Below are positions 8,961 to 18,541 of a stretch of 64,000 bases of DNA, piece after piece. The stretch is from Comamonadaceae bacterium (lineage in GTDB: Bacteria; Pseudomonadota; Gammaproteobacteria; Burkholderiales; Burkholderiaceae_C): the NCBI GenBank assembly GCA_947446885.1, contig CANFHZ010000001.1, positions 11,806 through 75,805 of the forward strand, read 5' to 3'. Made by a program: the position numbers and the translations under genes. The notes beneath the pieces were generated by a model. That model did no database searches. It was not told where the DNA came from and saw only the letters and a program-made list of their open reading frames with translations. How positions within the stretch are numbered: the first letter of the stretch is position 1; each line of letters opens with the position of its first letter.

Positions 8961-10109
8961 CTATTCCAGGGCGCTGCCCATGGCTTTGCGGTACCAGCCG
9001 TGGAAGTGCTGCATGCCGTCTTCCATGGGGCTTTGGTAGGGGCCGACTTCGTTGTCACCGCGCGCCAGCAAGGCGGCGCGTCCGGCGTCCATGCGCTCAG
9101 CAATTTCGTCGTCCTCGGTGCAAGTCTCCATGTACGCGGCCCGCTGCGCTTCGACAAAGTCGCGCTCGAACGCGGCGATTTCTTCGGGGTAATAAAACTC
9201 CACCATGTTCATGGTCTGGTTCACGCCGATCGGGTGCAGCGTGGACACAGTTAACACGTGGGGATACCACTCAATCATGATGTGCGGGTAATAGGTGAGC
9301 CAAATCGCACCATAGGCGGGCGGCTCACCGCGCCGGTAGTTCAGCAGTTGCTGATGCCAGCGTTCGTAGACCGGGCTACCGGCTTTGCCCAGGCGGTTGG
9401 CAACGCCCACAGTCTGTACCGAATACTGCGGCCGGAATTCCCAGCGCAGGTCATCGCAGGTTACAAAATTGCCCAGGCCGGGGTGGAATGGGCCGACGTG
9501 GTAGTCCTCCAGATAGACCTCAATAAAGGTTTTCCAGTTGTAGTTGCACTGGTGCATCTCGACGTGGTCCAGCACATAGCCACCAAAATCCAGCTCGGCG
9601 CGGGGGCCCAGACCCGCCATGTCCTGTGCCACATCGCGCCCATTGGCCTCAAACAGCAGGCCGTTCCATTCTTGCAGCGGGTAGTTATTGAGGTTCAGGC
9701 AAGGGTCGGTGGCGAAGTGGGGCGCGCCTATGAGCTGGCCGCTGGGGCCGTCAGCATGGACGCCGCTATAGGTCCAGCGGTGCAGGGGGCAGACAATATT
9801 GCCGCCGGCTGAGGCCGCGCCTTGGCCCAGCAGCGTGCCGCGGCCCCTGAGCATCAGGGCCTGGCGGTGGCGGCAGACATTGGAGATGAGTTCGATGCCC
9901 GTGCCGTTGCGTACCAGGGCCCGGCCGCCTTGTTCCTGCGGCAGGGCGTAATAGTCGCCCGGTTCCGGCACACTCAGGGCGTGGCCTACGTAGCGGGGGC
10001 CCTCGGCGAATATGTGTTCCATTTCGCGCGCATACAGCGCCGCGTCGAAATAGCTGGATACCGGAAGTTGGCTGTGCGACTGCTGCAGCTGAAGACTTAA
10101 ATCAGACAT
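8961..10109 (-). CDS. Rieske non-heme iron oxygenase, alpha subunit (substrate unknown)
   Basis: Rieske ligands CRH...CPLH. Mononuclear Fe motif NWK..EVYLEDYHVGPFH plus the distal ED.EIAE. Confidence 0.9.
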   Translation of the reverse strand: MSDLSLQLQQSHSQLPVSSYFDAALYAREMEHIFAEGPRYVGHALSVPEPGDYYALPQEQGGRALVRNGTGIELISNVCRHRQALMLRGRGTLLGQGAASAGGNIVCPLHRWTYSGVHADGPSGQLIGAPHFATDPCLNLNNYPLQEWNGLLFEANGRDVAQDMAGLGPRAELDFGGYVLDHVEMHQCNYNWKTFIEVYLEDYHVGPFHPGLGNFVTCDDLRWEFRPQYSVQTVGVANRLGKAGSPVYERWHQQLLNYRRGEPPAYGAIWLTYYPHIMIEWYPHVLTVSTLHPIGVNQTMNMVEFYYPEEIAAFERDFVEAQRAAYMETCTEDDEIAERMDAGRAALLARGDNEVGPYQSPMEDGMQHFHGWYRKAMGSALE

Positions 10110-10209
10110 GGTGGACCTGACCTAAAGACTCCCCACAGGGGGAACGCCCATGCGGGCCGGGGGACGGAGCCGATTCAGCAAAACCCTGCCGCTCGGAGCG
10201 AAGGGCGCG

Positions 10210-10248
10210 ATTGTACGCCCCGGCTCTCCATGGGGGCGGGCCGTAAAA
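10210..10248. promoter_or_regulatory. Candidate back-to-back sigma70 promoters for the Rieske operon and xseB-ispA-dxs
   Basis: TACAAT on the minus strand (10210-10215) and TAAAAT on the plus strand (10243-10248) between divergent genes. No clear -35 boxes. Confidence 0.4.
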
Positions 10249-10311
10249 TCCTACGCTTGCCGCCGCGCTTTGGCGCACGGCGCGCACCTTTTCACCTATT
10301 TCTACTCGTCC

Positions 10312-10572
10312 ATGCCCACACCCCGCACCGCCGCGCCAGCGAAGCCCCCCGTGCCCGACGCCGCAGTTCCCGCCAACTATGAAGTGGCGCTGCACGAGCT
10401 GGAGACCTTGATCGCCCGTATGGACGCGGGCGAGATGCCGCTGGACGAGCTGCTGGTGAGTTACCAGCGCGGAGCCGTGTTGCTGCAGTTCTGCCGCGAC
10501 AAATTGCAGGCGGTTGAGGACCAGGTCAAGGTGCTGGAAGACGGCGTGCTTAAGCCTTGGAAGAACGCGTAA
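10312..10572 (+). CDS. xseB: Exodeoxyribonuclease VII small subunit
   Basis: [50 protein letters not shown]. Canonical position before ispA. Confidence 0.93.
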   Translation: MPTPRTAAPAKPPVPDAAVPANYEVALHELETLIARMDAGEMPLDELLVSYQRGAVLLQFCRDKLQAVEDQVKVLEDGVLKPWKNA

Positions 10573-11504
10573 TGGCGCAGGCCCCCGCGTTTTCTTTTGC
10601 GCCGTGGATGGCGGCGGCGCTTGCCCGGGTTGAACATGCACTGCAAGACTGGGTGGTCGCACCGCAGCTGGCAGCGCTGGCCCCCGATTTGCCGCGTGCC
10701 ATGCGCTATGCGGTACTCGACGGCGGCAAACGTTTGCGCCCACTTCTGGTGTTGGCCGCGCATGAGGCGTGTGCCGCCCAGGGCGGAGTGTCTGGGCCGG
10801 GCGCTGAGGCGGCCTTGCGCGCGGCCTGTGCGGTTGAGCTCATTCATGCCTATTCCCTCGTGCATGACGACATGCCCTGTATGGACAACGACGTATTGCG
10901 CCGGGGCAAACCCACGGTACATGTGGAGTTCGGGCAGGCCACGGCGCTGCTGGCGGGCGACGCCCTGCAAGCCCTGGCCTTTGAATTGCTGACACCCGCC
11001 GGTGGCGGTATCGACCCCGTGATCCAAGCCCGTTTGTGTGCCCAGCTCGCCCGTTCTGCCGGACATGGCGGTATGGCCGGGGGCCAGGCCATTGACCTGG
11101 CGCACGTGGGCCGCAGCCTCAAGCGGGCCGAACTGCAACGCATGCATGAACTCAAAACCGGGGCGCTGCTGCAAGGCAGTGTGGTGATGGGGGCGCTGTG
11201 CGGTGCAGCCGATGCGCAAGCTGCGGCCGGTTTGACGGCCTATGGCGCCGCAATCGGTCTGGCCTTTCAGGTGGTGGACGACGTGTTGGATGTCACTGCC
11301 GACTCGGCCACCCTGGGCAAGACGGCGGGCAAAGACGCTTACGCCAACAAACCCACCTATGTCAGCACCATGGGCCTGAAGGCCAGCCAGCGCTACGCCC
11401 AAACCCTTTTGTCGCAGGCCGAGAAGGCCTTGCGCGACAGCGGCTTGCGTGAGACCCATGCCTTGCAGGCCTTGGCCCGCATGGTGGTCGAGCGCGCCCA
11501 CTGA
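10572..11504 (+). CDS. ispA: Farnesyl diphosphate synthase (geranyltranstransferase)
   Basis: GGKRLRP, FARM IHAYSLVHDDMPCMD (aromatic residue upstream of the FARM, consistent with a short-chain product), GQAID, HELKTG and SARM FQVVDDVLD. TAATG overlap with xseB. Confidence 0.95.
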   Translation: MAQAPAFSFAPWMAAALARVEHALQDWVVAPQLAALAPDLPRAMRYAVLDGGKRLRPLLVLAAHEACAAQGGVSGPGAEAALRAACAVELIHAYSLVHDDMPCMDNDVLRRGKPTVHVEFGQATALLAGDALQALAFELLTPAGGGIDPVIQARLCAQLARSAGHGGMAGGQAIDLAHVGRSLKRAELQRMHELKTGALLQGSVVMGALCGAADAQAAAGLTAYGAAIGLAFQVVDDVLDVTADSATLGKTAGKDAYANKPTYVSTMGLKASQRYAQTLLSQAEKALRDSGLRETHALQALARMVVERAH

Positions 11505-11520
11505 ATACACCTAGGACGCT

Positions 11521-13416
11521 ATGCAGCCCCCATTTACTGGCCCCAAAGGCTCTGTAGGCTCGGCCGGCCCCCGCCTGGCTGATATCGATTCCCCTTCCAC
11601 CTTGCGCAGTTATCCGCGCCATGCTTTGCCCGCATTGGCAGCCGAGTTGCGTGACTATGTGCTGCACAGCGTGGCCGCAACCGGTGGCCATCTGAGCTCC
11701 AACCTGGGTACGGTGGAGCTGACGCTGGCGCTGCATTACGTATTCAACACGCCGCAGGACCGTATCGTCTGGGACGTGGGCCACCAGACCTACCCACACA
11801 AAATCCTGACCGGTCGGCGCGAGCGCATGGCCTCCCTGCGCCAGTGGGGTGGTTTGAGTGGTTTTCCGCAGCGCACGGAGAGTGCGTTCGATACCTTCGG
11901 CACGGCGCACTCCAGCACCTCCATCTCGGCCGCCTCAGGCATGGCCATGGCCGCGCGCATCAAGGGCGAAGACTTCCATTCCATCGCCGTGATCGGCGAC
12001 GGCGCGCTCACCGCCGGTATGGCGTTTGAGGCGCTCAACAATGCCGGGGTGCAGGATGGCAAGCTGCTGGTCATCCTCAACGACAACGATATGAGCATCA
12101 GCCCGCCGGTGGGTGCGCTGAACCGCTATTTGGCGCAGCTCATGAGCGGCCAGTTCTATGCGCAGGCCAAGAGCGTCGGAAAGGGTTTGCTCAAAGGTGC
12201 GCCACCGCTGTTTGAGTTGGCCAAGCGCATTGAAGAGCAGGCCAAGGGCATGTTGGTGCCGGCCACGCTGTTTGAGAAGTTCGGCTTCAATTACATCGGT
12301 CCGATTGATGGACATGATCTGGATTCGCTGATCCCGACGCTGGAGAACATCAAACACCTCAGCGGCCCGCAGTTTTTGCACGTCGTCACCAAAAAAGGCA
12401 AGGGCTACGAACGCGCCGAAGATGATCCGGTCACCTACCACGGTCCCGGAAAATTTGACCCGGCGGTGGGTCTGCAAAAACCGGCGGCAGCACCCAAGAC
12501 CACGTTCACCCAGGTGTTTGGCAACTGGCTGTGCGATATGGCTGGCCAGGATGCGCGCCTGGTCGGCATCACGCCGGCCATGCGCGAAGGCTCGGGCCTG
12601 GTCGAGTTTGAGCGGCGCTTTCCGCAGCGCTATTTCGATGTGGGGATTGCCGAGCAGCATGCGGTGACCTTTGCCGCCGGTTTGGCCTGCGAGGGCATGA
12701 AGCCCGTGGTGGCGATTTACTCCACCTTTTTGCAGCGCGCCTACGACCAGATGATCCACGATGTGGCGATCCAGAATCTACCTGTGGTGTTCGCCCTGGA
12801 CCGCGCCGGCCTGGTCGGAGCCGACGGCGCGACCCACGCCGGTGCCTATGACATCCCCTTCATCCGCTGCATCCCCAACATGAGTCTGGCCTGTCCGGCC
12901 GATGAGAACGAGTGCCGCCAGTTGCTCAGTACGGCGTTTGCACAAGACCACCCTGTGGCGGTGCGTTACCCACGCGGTGCCGGTGCCGGTGTGGTTGTGA
13001 CCGCCGGCCTGGACGGCCTGCCTTTTGGTAAAGGCGAGATCCGGCGACAGGGGCAGGGCACCGCGATTCTGGCCTTCGGTACCTTGCTGCACGCGGCGCT
13101 GGCAGCGGGTGAAGCACTGGGGGCGACGGTAGTCAACATGCGCTGGGTCAAGCCCCTGGATACCGAACTGCTTGTGCAGATTGCCCGCAGCCACCGGGCA
13201 CTGGTGACGCTGGAGGAGGGTGCCATCATGGGCGGCGCGGGCAGCGCGGTGCTGGAGGCCTTGCAAGCTGCAGGGCTGAGCGTGCCGGTCTTGCAACTCG
13301 GTTTGCCTGACGTGTTCATTGAACACGGCGACCCTGCCAAGTTGCTGGCCTTGCAGGGGCTCGATGCAGCGGGCATTCTGCAATCCATCAAATCCCGCTT
13401 TACCGAAGCGATTTAG
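11521..13416 (+). CDS. dxs: 1-deoxy-D-xylulose-5-phosphate synthase
   Basis: [18 protein letters not shown] motif [15 protein letters not shown]...[11 protein letters not shown] and [13 protein letters not shown]. Confidence 0.97.
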   Translation: MQPPFTGPKGSVGSAGPRLADIDSPSTLRSYPRHALPALAAELRDYVLHSVAATGGHLSSNLGTVELTLALHYVFNTPQDRIVWDVGHQTYPHKILTGRRERMASLRQWGGLSGFPQRTESAFDTFGTAHSSTSISAASGMAMAARIKGEDFHSIAVIGDGALTAGMAFEALNNAGVQDGKLLVILNDNDMSISPPVGALNRYLAQLMSGQFYAQAKSVGKGLLKGAPPLFELAKRIEEQAKGMLVPATLFEKFGFNYIGPIDGHDLDSLIPTLENIKHLSGPQFLHVVTKKGKGYERAEDDPVTYHGPGKFDPAVGLQKPAAAPKTTFTQVFGNWLCDMAGQDARLVGITPAMREGSGLVEFERRFPQRYFDVGIAEQHAVTFAAGLACEGMKPVVAIYSTFLQRAYDQMIHDVAIQNLPVVFALDRAGLVGADGATHAGAYDIPFIRCIPNMSLACPADENECRQLLSTAFAQDHPVAVRYPRGAGAGVVVTAGLDGLPFGKGEIRRQGQGTAILAFGTLLHAALAAGEALGATVVNMRWVKPLDTELLVQIARSHRALVTLEEGAIMGGAGSAVLEALQAAGLSVPVLQLGLPDVFIEHGDPAKLLALQGLDAAGILQSIKSRFTEAI

Positions 13417-13426
13417 TCCCAATTTC

Positions 13427-13440
13427 GGGGGAAAACCCCT
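13427..13440. promoter_or_regulatory. Palindromic GGGG-AAAA-CCCC element upstream of the TRAP binding-protein gene
   Basis: GGGGGAAAACCCCT about 25 bp upstream of a TACAAT hexamer (13465-13470). A related element lies upstream of dctQ (17095-17108). Confidence 0.4.
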
Positions 13441-13545
13441 GCAAAAGTTGTGCAAATGCGTTCCTACAATCCCTGGGCCGCAGCCTGTTGCGCTTTTTTG
13501 TTTCAGCGTTAACCCGCGCGGTTTCCACCACTTGAGGAGCAATCT

Positions 13546-14625
13546 ATGGATCGTCGTTCGGTTATCAGAAACGCTGGCCTGGCCGGTGTGCTCGCTGCGG
13601 GAGTCGCCCCCGCTGTTCATGCGCAGTCCACTTTGCGCTGGCGTTGTGCTTCCAGTTTCCCCAAGGCGCTGGACACCTTGTTTGGCGTGTGCGACGTATT
13701 CGCAAAAAAAGTGGGTGAGCTATCCGGCGGTAAGTTCACCATCACCACCCATGCAGCGGGTGAGTTGATGCCCGCTTTCGGCGTACTCGACGGTGTGTCC
13801 AATGGAACCGTCGAGATGGCCAATACAGCCTCGTATTACTTCTTCGGAAAAGACCCCACCTACGCCCTCGATTGCGCGATCCCCTTTGGCCTGAATAGCC
13901 GCCAGATGACGTCGTGGGTCTACGAGGGCAATGGCTTGAAACTTTTGCGTGAACATTTCGGCAAAGTCGGCATCGTCAACTTCCCCATGGGCAACACCGG
14001 CGTGCAGATGGGGGGCTGGTTTCGCAAGGAAGTCAAGTCGGTTGAAGACCTCAAGGGCTTGAAGTTCCGTTGCGGCGGCTTTGCCGGGCGTGTGCTGGAA
14101 CGCCTGGGCGTGATTCCGCAGAACATCCCCGGCGGTGAGATTTACCAGGCGCTGGAGAAGGGCACGATCGACGCAGCCGAGTGGGTCGGCCCTTATGACG
14201 ATTTGAAATTGGGTTTGAACAAGGTTGCTCAGCATTACTACTACCCTGGCTTTTGGGAGGTCGGTCCCCAGCTCTCTCTGTATGTGAACCAAAAAGCCTT
14301 TGAGGGCCTGTCATCCGAGTACAAATCTATCGTCGAGTGCGCTGCAGCATTTGCCCACACCGATATGCAAGCGAAGTACGACGCGCGCAATGTGGGCGCG
14401 CTCAAGACCCTGCTGGGCCAGGGTGCCAAGTTGCACGTTTTCCCTAAAGACGTGATGAACGCTGCTTTCAAGTCGGCCATGGATGTGTACGGTGAACTGA
14501 ACGACACCAATCCCGGCTGGAAAAAAATCTACACCGATTACGCGGCTTTCCGCAAGGAAAGCAATTTGTGGTTCAGCCTGGCGGAAGCGTCTATGGACGA
14601 TTTCATGCAGGCGCAAAAGCTCTGA
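13546..14625 (+). CDS. dctP: TRAP transporter substrate-binding protein (DctP family, TakP/2-oxoacid-binding-like)
   Basis: Tat-like leader MDRRSVIRNA, LRWRCASSFPK, GGWFRKE, DLKGLKFR and AAEWVGPYDD. RBS GAGGAG upstream. Confidence 0.92.
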   Translation: MDRRSVIRNAGLAGVLAAGVAPAVHAQSTLRWRCASSFPKALDTLFGVCDVFAKKVGELSGGKFTITTHAAGELMPAFGVLDGVSNGTVEMANTASYYFFGKDPTYALDCAIPFGLNSRQMTSWVYEGNGLKLLREHFGKVGIVNFPMGNTGVQMGGWFRKEVKSVEDLKGLKFRCGGFAGRVLERLGVIPQNIPGGEIYQALEKGTIDAAEWVGPYDDLKLGLNKVAQHYYYPGFWEVGPQLSLYVNQKAFEGLSSEYKSIVECAAAFAHTDMQAKYDARNVGALKTLLGQGAKLHVFPKDVMNAAFKSAMDVYGELNDTNPGWKKIYTDYAAFRKESNLWFSLAEASMDDFMQAQKL

Positions 14626-14653
14626 CGCGGCTCCTGTCAAATCGCTGCTTACC

Positions 14654-14680
14654 AAAAACCCCGCCTTGGCGGGGTTTTTT
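14654..14680. terminator. Bidirectional intrinsic terminator between convergent dctP and dctM
   Basis: AAAAACCCCGCC-TT-GGCGGGGTTTTTT: a GC stem flanked by an A-tract and a T-tract. Confidence 0.85.
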
Positions 14681-14689
14681 ATTGCCGGG

Positions 14690-16399
14690 TCAGGGCTTTT
14701 TATCCTTTTCTTCTTGCATGGACTCCAGCATCCGCTTCATCGGGTCATCTTCAGCAGCCGTGGCCTTGTCGTCGGAGCTTTGCTGCGAATCAGCCTGAAG
14801 CTGCTGCATCACGGAGTCTGCGTCCAATACGGGGTCTTTGGTCAACCCACTCGATACAAGACCCGGGAAGGCGATGATCAAGCCCACCATGAAAACCTGG
14901 ATCAGTACAAAGGGTACGGCGCCCCAGTAAATTTCTTCGATGGTGACTTTCTTGATGGGCTTCTTCGTGACCTTGTCGACATAGTCTTCGTTGGGTGCCA
15001 CGCTGCGCAGGTAAAACAGCGCAAAGCCGAAGGGGGGGTGCATGAAAGAGGTTTGCATGTTCACGGCCAAGAGCACACCAAACCAGACCAGATCGATCCC
15101 CAGCTTCTCAGCCACAGGCCCGATCAGCGGAATGATGATGAAGGCCAACTCAAAGAAGTCCAAGAAGAAAGCCAGCACAAACACCAGGATATTGACCACA
15201 ATCAAAAAGCCCAGTTGCCCGCCCGGCAGGCCGGAGAGCAAATGCTCCACCCATTTCGGTCCGTCCACCCCCTGGAATGCCAGGCTGAACACGGTCGCGC
15301 CCATCAGGATAAAGAGCACAAAGCAGGACAGCTTCATGGTCGAGTCCATGGCCTGGCGGATCAGCTTGATATCAATGCGTCTGCGCGCCATCGCCATGAC
15401 CAGCGCACCCACTGCGCCCATCGCACCGCCCTCGGTCGGTGTGGCAACACCCAAAAAAATCGTTCCCAGTACCAGAAAAATCAGGCCCAGCGGCGGAATC
15501 ATGACGAAAGTCACGCGCTCAGCCATATTGGACAAGAGCCCCATGCCCGTTACGCGGTTGATGACCGAGGCGACAAACGCAATCGCTACGCCCACGCACA
15601 TCGAGGTCACGATCAACTCATCCAGCGGGGTTGCGTCGGGCCGCCATTTGGCGAATGCAATCGCCGCACCGGTGGACACGATGACCAGCAGCAACAGCGA
15701 GCGCAGACCCGACGTGCCGTCCGCTTCACGGATGGTGCGGGCCTCCAGCGGCAGGGCTGGAACCGACTGCGGGCGGATAAAGCTGAGCAGCACGATGTAG
15801 CCGATGTACAAGCCGGTCAGCACAAAGCCCGGAATAAAAGCGCCCTTGTACAAATCACCCACGCTTTTGCCGAGTTGGTCGGCCAGCACAATCAGCACCA
15901 GCGAGGGTGGGATGATTTGCGCCAGCGTGCCGGACGCTGCAATCACCCCGCTGGCCACACGCCGGTCGTAGCCGTAGCGCAGCATGATGGGAAGCGAAAT
16001 CAGGCCCATAGAAATCACCGATGCCGCCACCACCCCGGTGGTTGCCGCCAGCATGGCACCGACCAGAATCACCGCGTAAGCCAGTCCACCCCGGATGGGG
16101 CCGAACAGCTGCCCGATGGTGTCGAGCAAATCCTCGGCCATGCCTGAGCGCTCCAGAATCAGCCCCATGAAGGTGAAGAAAGGAATCGCCAGCAGCGTGT
16201 CGTTCTGCATGATGCCGAACATGCGCAGCGGCAGGCTTTGCAAAAACGCCGGCTGGATCACGCCCAGCTCAACGGCCACCAGACCAAACAGCAGCCCGCA
16301 GGCCGCCAACGAGAAGGTGACCGCGTAGCCGAACATCAAAAAGATGATCAGCGATGCGAACATGATGGGCGCCATATTGGCGATCAAAAACTCGTTCAT
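14690..16399 (-). CDS. dctM: TRAP transporter large permease
   Basis: LLAIPFFTFMG, ERSGMAEDL, GTLAQIIPPS, TPTEGGA and TSFMHPPFG. Confidence 0.93.
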   Translation of the reverse strand: MNEFLIANMAPIMFASLIIFLMFGYAVTFSLAACGLLFGLVAVELGVIQPAFLQSLPLRMFGIMQNDTLLAIPFFTFMGLILERSGMAEDLLDTIGQLFGPIRGGLAYAVILVGAMLAATTGVVAASVISMGLISLPIMLRYGYDRRVASGVIAASGTLAQIIPPSLVLIVLADQLGKSVGDLYKGAFIPGFVLTGLYIGYIVLLSFIRPQSVPALPLEARTIREADGTSGLRSLLLLVIVSTGAAIAFAKWRPDATPLDELIVTSMCVGVAIAFVASVINRVTGMGLLSNMAERVTFVMIPPLGLIFLVLGTIFLGVATPTEGGAMGAVGALVMAMARRRIDIKLIRQAMDSTMKLSCFVLFILMGATVFSLAFQGVDGPKWVEHLLSGLPGGQLGFLIVVNILVFVLAFFLDFFELAFIIIPLIGPVAEKLGIDLVWFGVLLAVNMQTSFMHPPFGFALFYLRSVAPNEDYVDKVTKKPIKKVTIEEIYWGAVPFVLIQVFMVGLIIAFPGLVSSGLTKDPVLDADSVMQQLQADSQQSSDDKATAAEDDPMKRMLESMQEEKDKKP

Positions 16400-17028
16400 G
16401 GCCGTGCTCCCATTTGTGCGGCTTCACGGGTAGCCACCTCTTTTTGCAGCAAAAACTCCGCAAGTTCTTCCTCGGGTGTCTTGCTACCCTGCTTTTTGGT
16501 CGGATCTGGAATCAACCCTTGCAAGAAGGCGATTCGTTTGATCAGCTCCGAGACCGCCTGGATGCCCAACAGCAGCAAGCCTGCGGGCAGCAGCGCAAAT
16601 ACCGGCCAGCGGATCAGTCCGCCGGCGTTGGACGACACTTCCTGTGTCACATACGCGTTGATCACCAGCGGCATGGCCAGCTTGATGATCACGATCACAA
16701 AGGGGAACAAAAATACGCAGATGCCGATGATGTCGATCCACACCTGCGTTCGCTTGGAAAAGCGCCCGGAGATCACGTCAATCTTCACGTGCTCCTGGCG
16801 CATCAGTGTGTAGCCGGAGGCCAGTAAAAAGGTCGCTGCGAACAGATACCACTGAATTTCCAGAAATCCGTTGGAGCTCATATTGAACGCCTTGCGAACC
16901 ACTGCATTTGCTGCACTGATCAGAACGGCAAACAGCAGCAGCCACGCCACCCATCGACCCACCCACTCGCTCAGAGCATCGATTTTTTTAGACAGGAGTA
17001 GCAGTGCGTGCATGGTAAGCCCCGACAT
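16396..17028 (-). CDS. dctQ: TRAP transporter small permease
   Basis: Four TM helices, EIQWYLF, EHVKIDV and IRWP. ATGA overlap with dctM. The start may instead be at 17013. Confidence 0.92.
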   Translation of the reverse strand: MSGLTMHALLLLSKKIDALSEWVGRWVAWLLLFAVLISAANAVVRKAFNMSSNGFLEIQWYLFAATFLLASGYTLMRQEHVKIDVISGRFSKRTQVWIDIIGICVFLFPFVIVIIKLAMPLVINAYVTQEVSSNAGGLIRWPVFALLPAGLLLLGIQAVSELIKRIAFLQGLIPDPTKKQGSKTPEEELAEFLLQKEVATREAAQMGARP

Positions 17029-17203
17029 GTAGAAACAAGCCTGAGGTTAACCGCGAATGCCGCTTAAAACGGACATCTTCCGGCGCCGACATGCTAGGGA
17101 AAACACCCAATCAGGCGCCCCCACATCGCGCAATGCCAAGGCAGCGCTGGAAAGCCCGCGCGTGTGCTTGAAGGCAATCGCCGGGAGCTGTGGCACAAAG
17201 CAC

Positions 17204-18490
17204 TCAGGCCTGCTGTAAACCCGCCTGCACCAGGTACATCGCCGCCCCGCCCAGATAACCCAGTAAAGCGAGCAGGCTGATCTTTCGGGCGTACCACATG
17301 AAGTCGATGCGCTCCAGGCCCATGGCGGCGACTCCAGCGGCGGAGCCGATGATGAGGATGGAGCCGCCGGTGCCTGCGCAGTAGGCCATGAACTCCCACA
17401 AAAAGCTGTCGGTCGGGTACTTCGCCAGGTCATACATGCCCATGGAGGCGGCCACCAGCGGCACGTTGTCGACCACGGCGCTGGCCAGGCCGATCAGGAT
17501 GACGATCAGGTCCAATCGCCCAACGGTCTGGTCCAACCAGGCCGCCAGTGCGGGCAGGATGTGGCTGTGCTCCAGCACGGCCACTGCCAGCAGGATGCCG
17601 ACAAAAAATACGATGGAGGCCATGTCGATGCGCCCTAGCGCGCTCACCAGCGTGAGGTGCTGCTTGTCGTCCTCCGCTTTGTCCCGGTGCATCAGGTCGC
17701 CCACCATCCACAGCACGCCCAGACCCAGCAAAATCCCTAGAAAGGGCGGCAAATGCGTCACCGCTTTGAACACCGGCACCAGCACCAGCACTCCCAGGCC
17801 CAGCACCAACATCGTCAGGCGCTCTGCGGGTGTCGTGGGCAAGGTGCCATCGCCTGCCGCGCGTGCGGGCGAGACGACGGCGCGCGCGCCCAGACGCCAG
17901 GCCACCACTGCCAGCGGCACCAGCAGGTTGACCATCGACGCCAGAAATACGCCTTGCATGATGGCCAGCGTCGTGACCTGTCCCCCGATCCACAGCATGG
18001 TCGTGGTCACATCGCCAATCGGCGTCCAGGCCCCACCCGCGTTGGCGGCAATCACGATGATGCCGGCCATCAACAGCCGGTCTTCACGCGCATCGAGCAG
18101 GCGCTTCATGAGCGAGACCATCACGATGGCCGTGGTCAGGTTGTCCAGGATGGCGCTGAGAAAAAAAGTGAACAGGCCCACCAAGCACACCAGGGTTGAG
18201 AGCCTTCGGGTCTTGATATGGGTGGTTAGCACTTCAAAGCCGTCGTGTGCGTCCACCACCTCCACTATCGCCATGGCCCCGATCAGGAAGAACACGATCT
18301 GCGCCGTGCCGGTGAGCGATTCAGCGAGCTCGGTATTCAGCACCTCGGCGGTCGGTCCCAGCAGTGCGTACAGCGTCCACAGTAAACCGGCACCCATCAG
18401 GGCGGAGGCCGACTTGTTAATCTGCAGCGGATGCTCCAGAACAATGGCCAGGTACGTGAGAACGAAAAGTAGTGCGAGCAGGCTAGTCAT
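17204..18490 (-). CDS. nhaD: Na+/H+ antiporter, NhaD family
   Basis: INKSASAL, FFLSAILDNLTT, ANAGGAWTPIGDVTTTMLW, SAVVDNVPLVA and GTGGSILIIGSAAGV. Confidence 0.9.
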   Translation of the reverse strand: MTSLLALLFVLTYLAIVLEHPLQINKSASALMGAGLLWTLYALLGPTAEVLNTELAESLTGTAQIVFFLIGAMAIVEVVDAHDGFEVLTTHIKTRRLSTLVCLVGLFTFFLSAILDNLTTAIVMVSLMKRLLDAREDRLLMAGIIVIAANAGGAWTPIGDVTTTMLWIGGQVTTLAIMQGVFLASMVNLLVPLAVVAWRLGARAVVSPARAAGDGTLPTTPAERLTMLVLGLGVLVLVPVFKAVTHLPPFLGILLGLGVLWMVGDLMHRDKAEDDKQHLTLVSALGRIDMASIVFFVGILLAVAVLEHSHILPALAAWLDQTVGRLDLIVILIGLASAVVDNVPLVAASMGMYDLAKYPTDSFLWEFMAYCAGTGGSILIIGSAAGVAAMGLERIDFMWYARKISLLALLGYLGGAAMYLVQAGLQQA

Positions 18491-18541
18491 GGCCACACGA
18501 TACCTCACGCGCTGCGGTGCTACGCATGTCCACGCAAAGGA

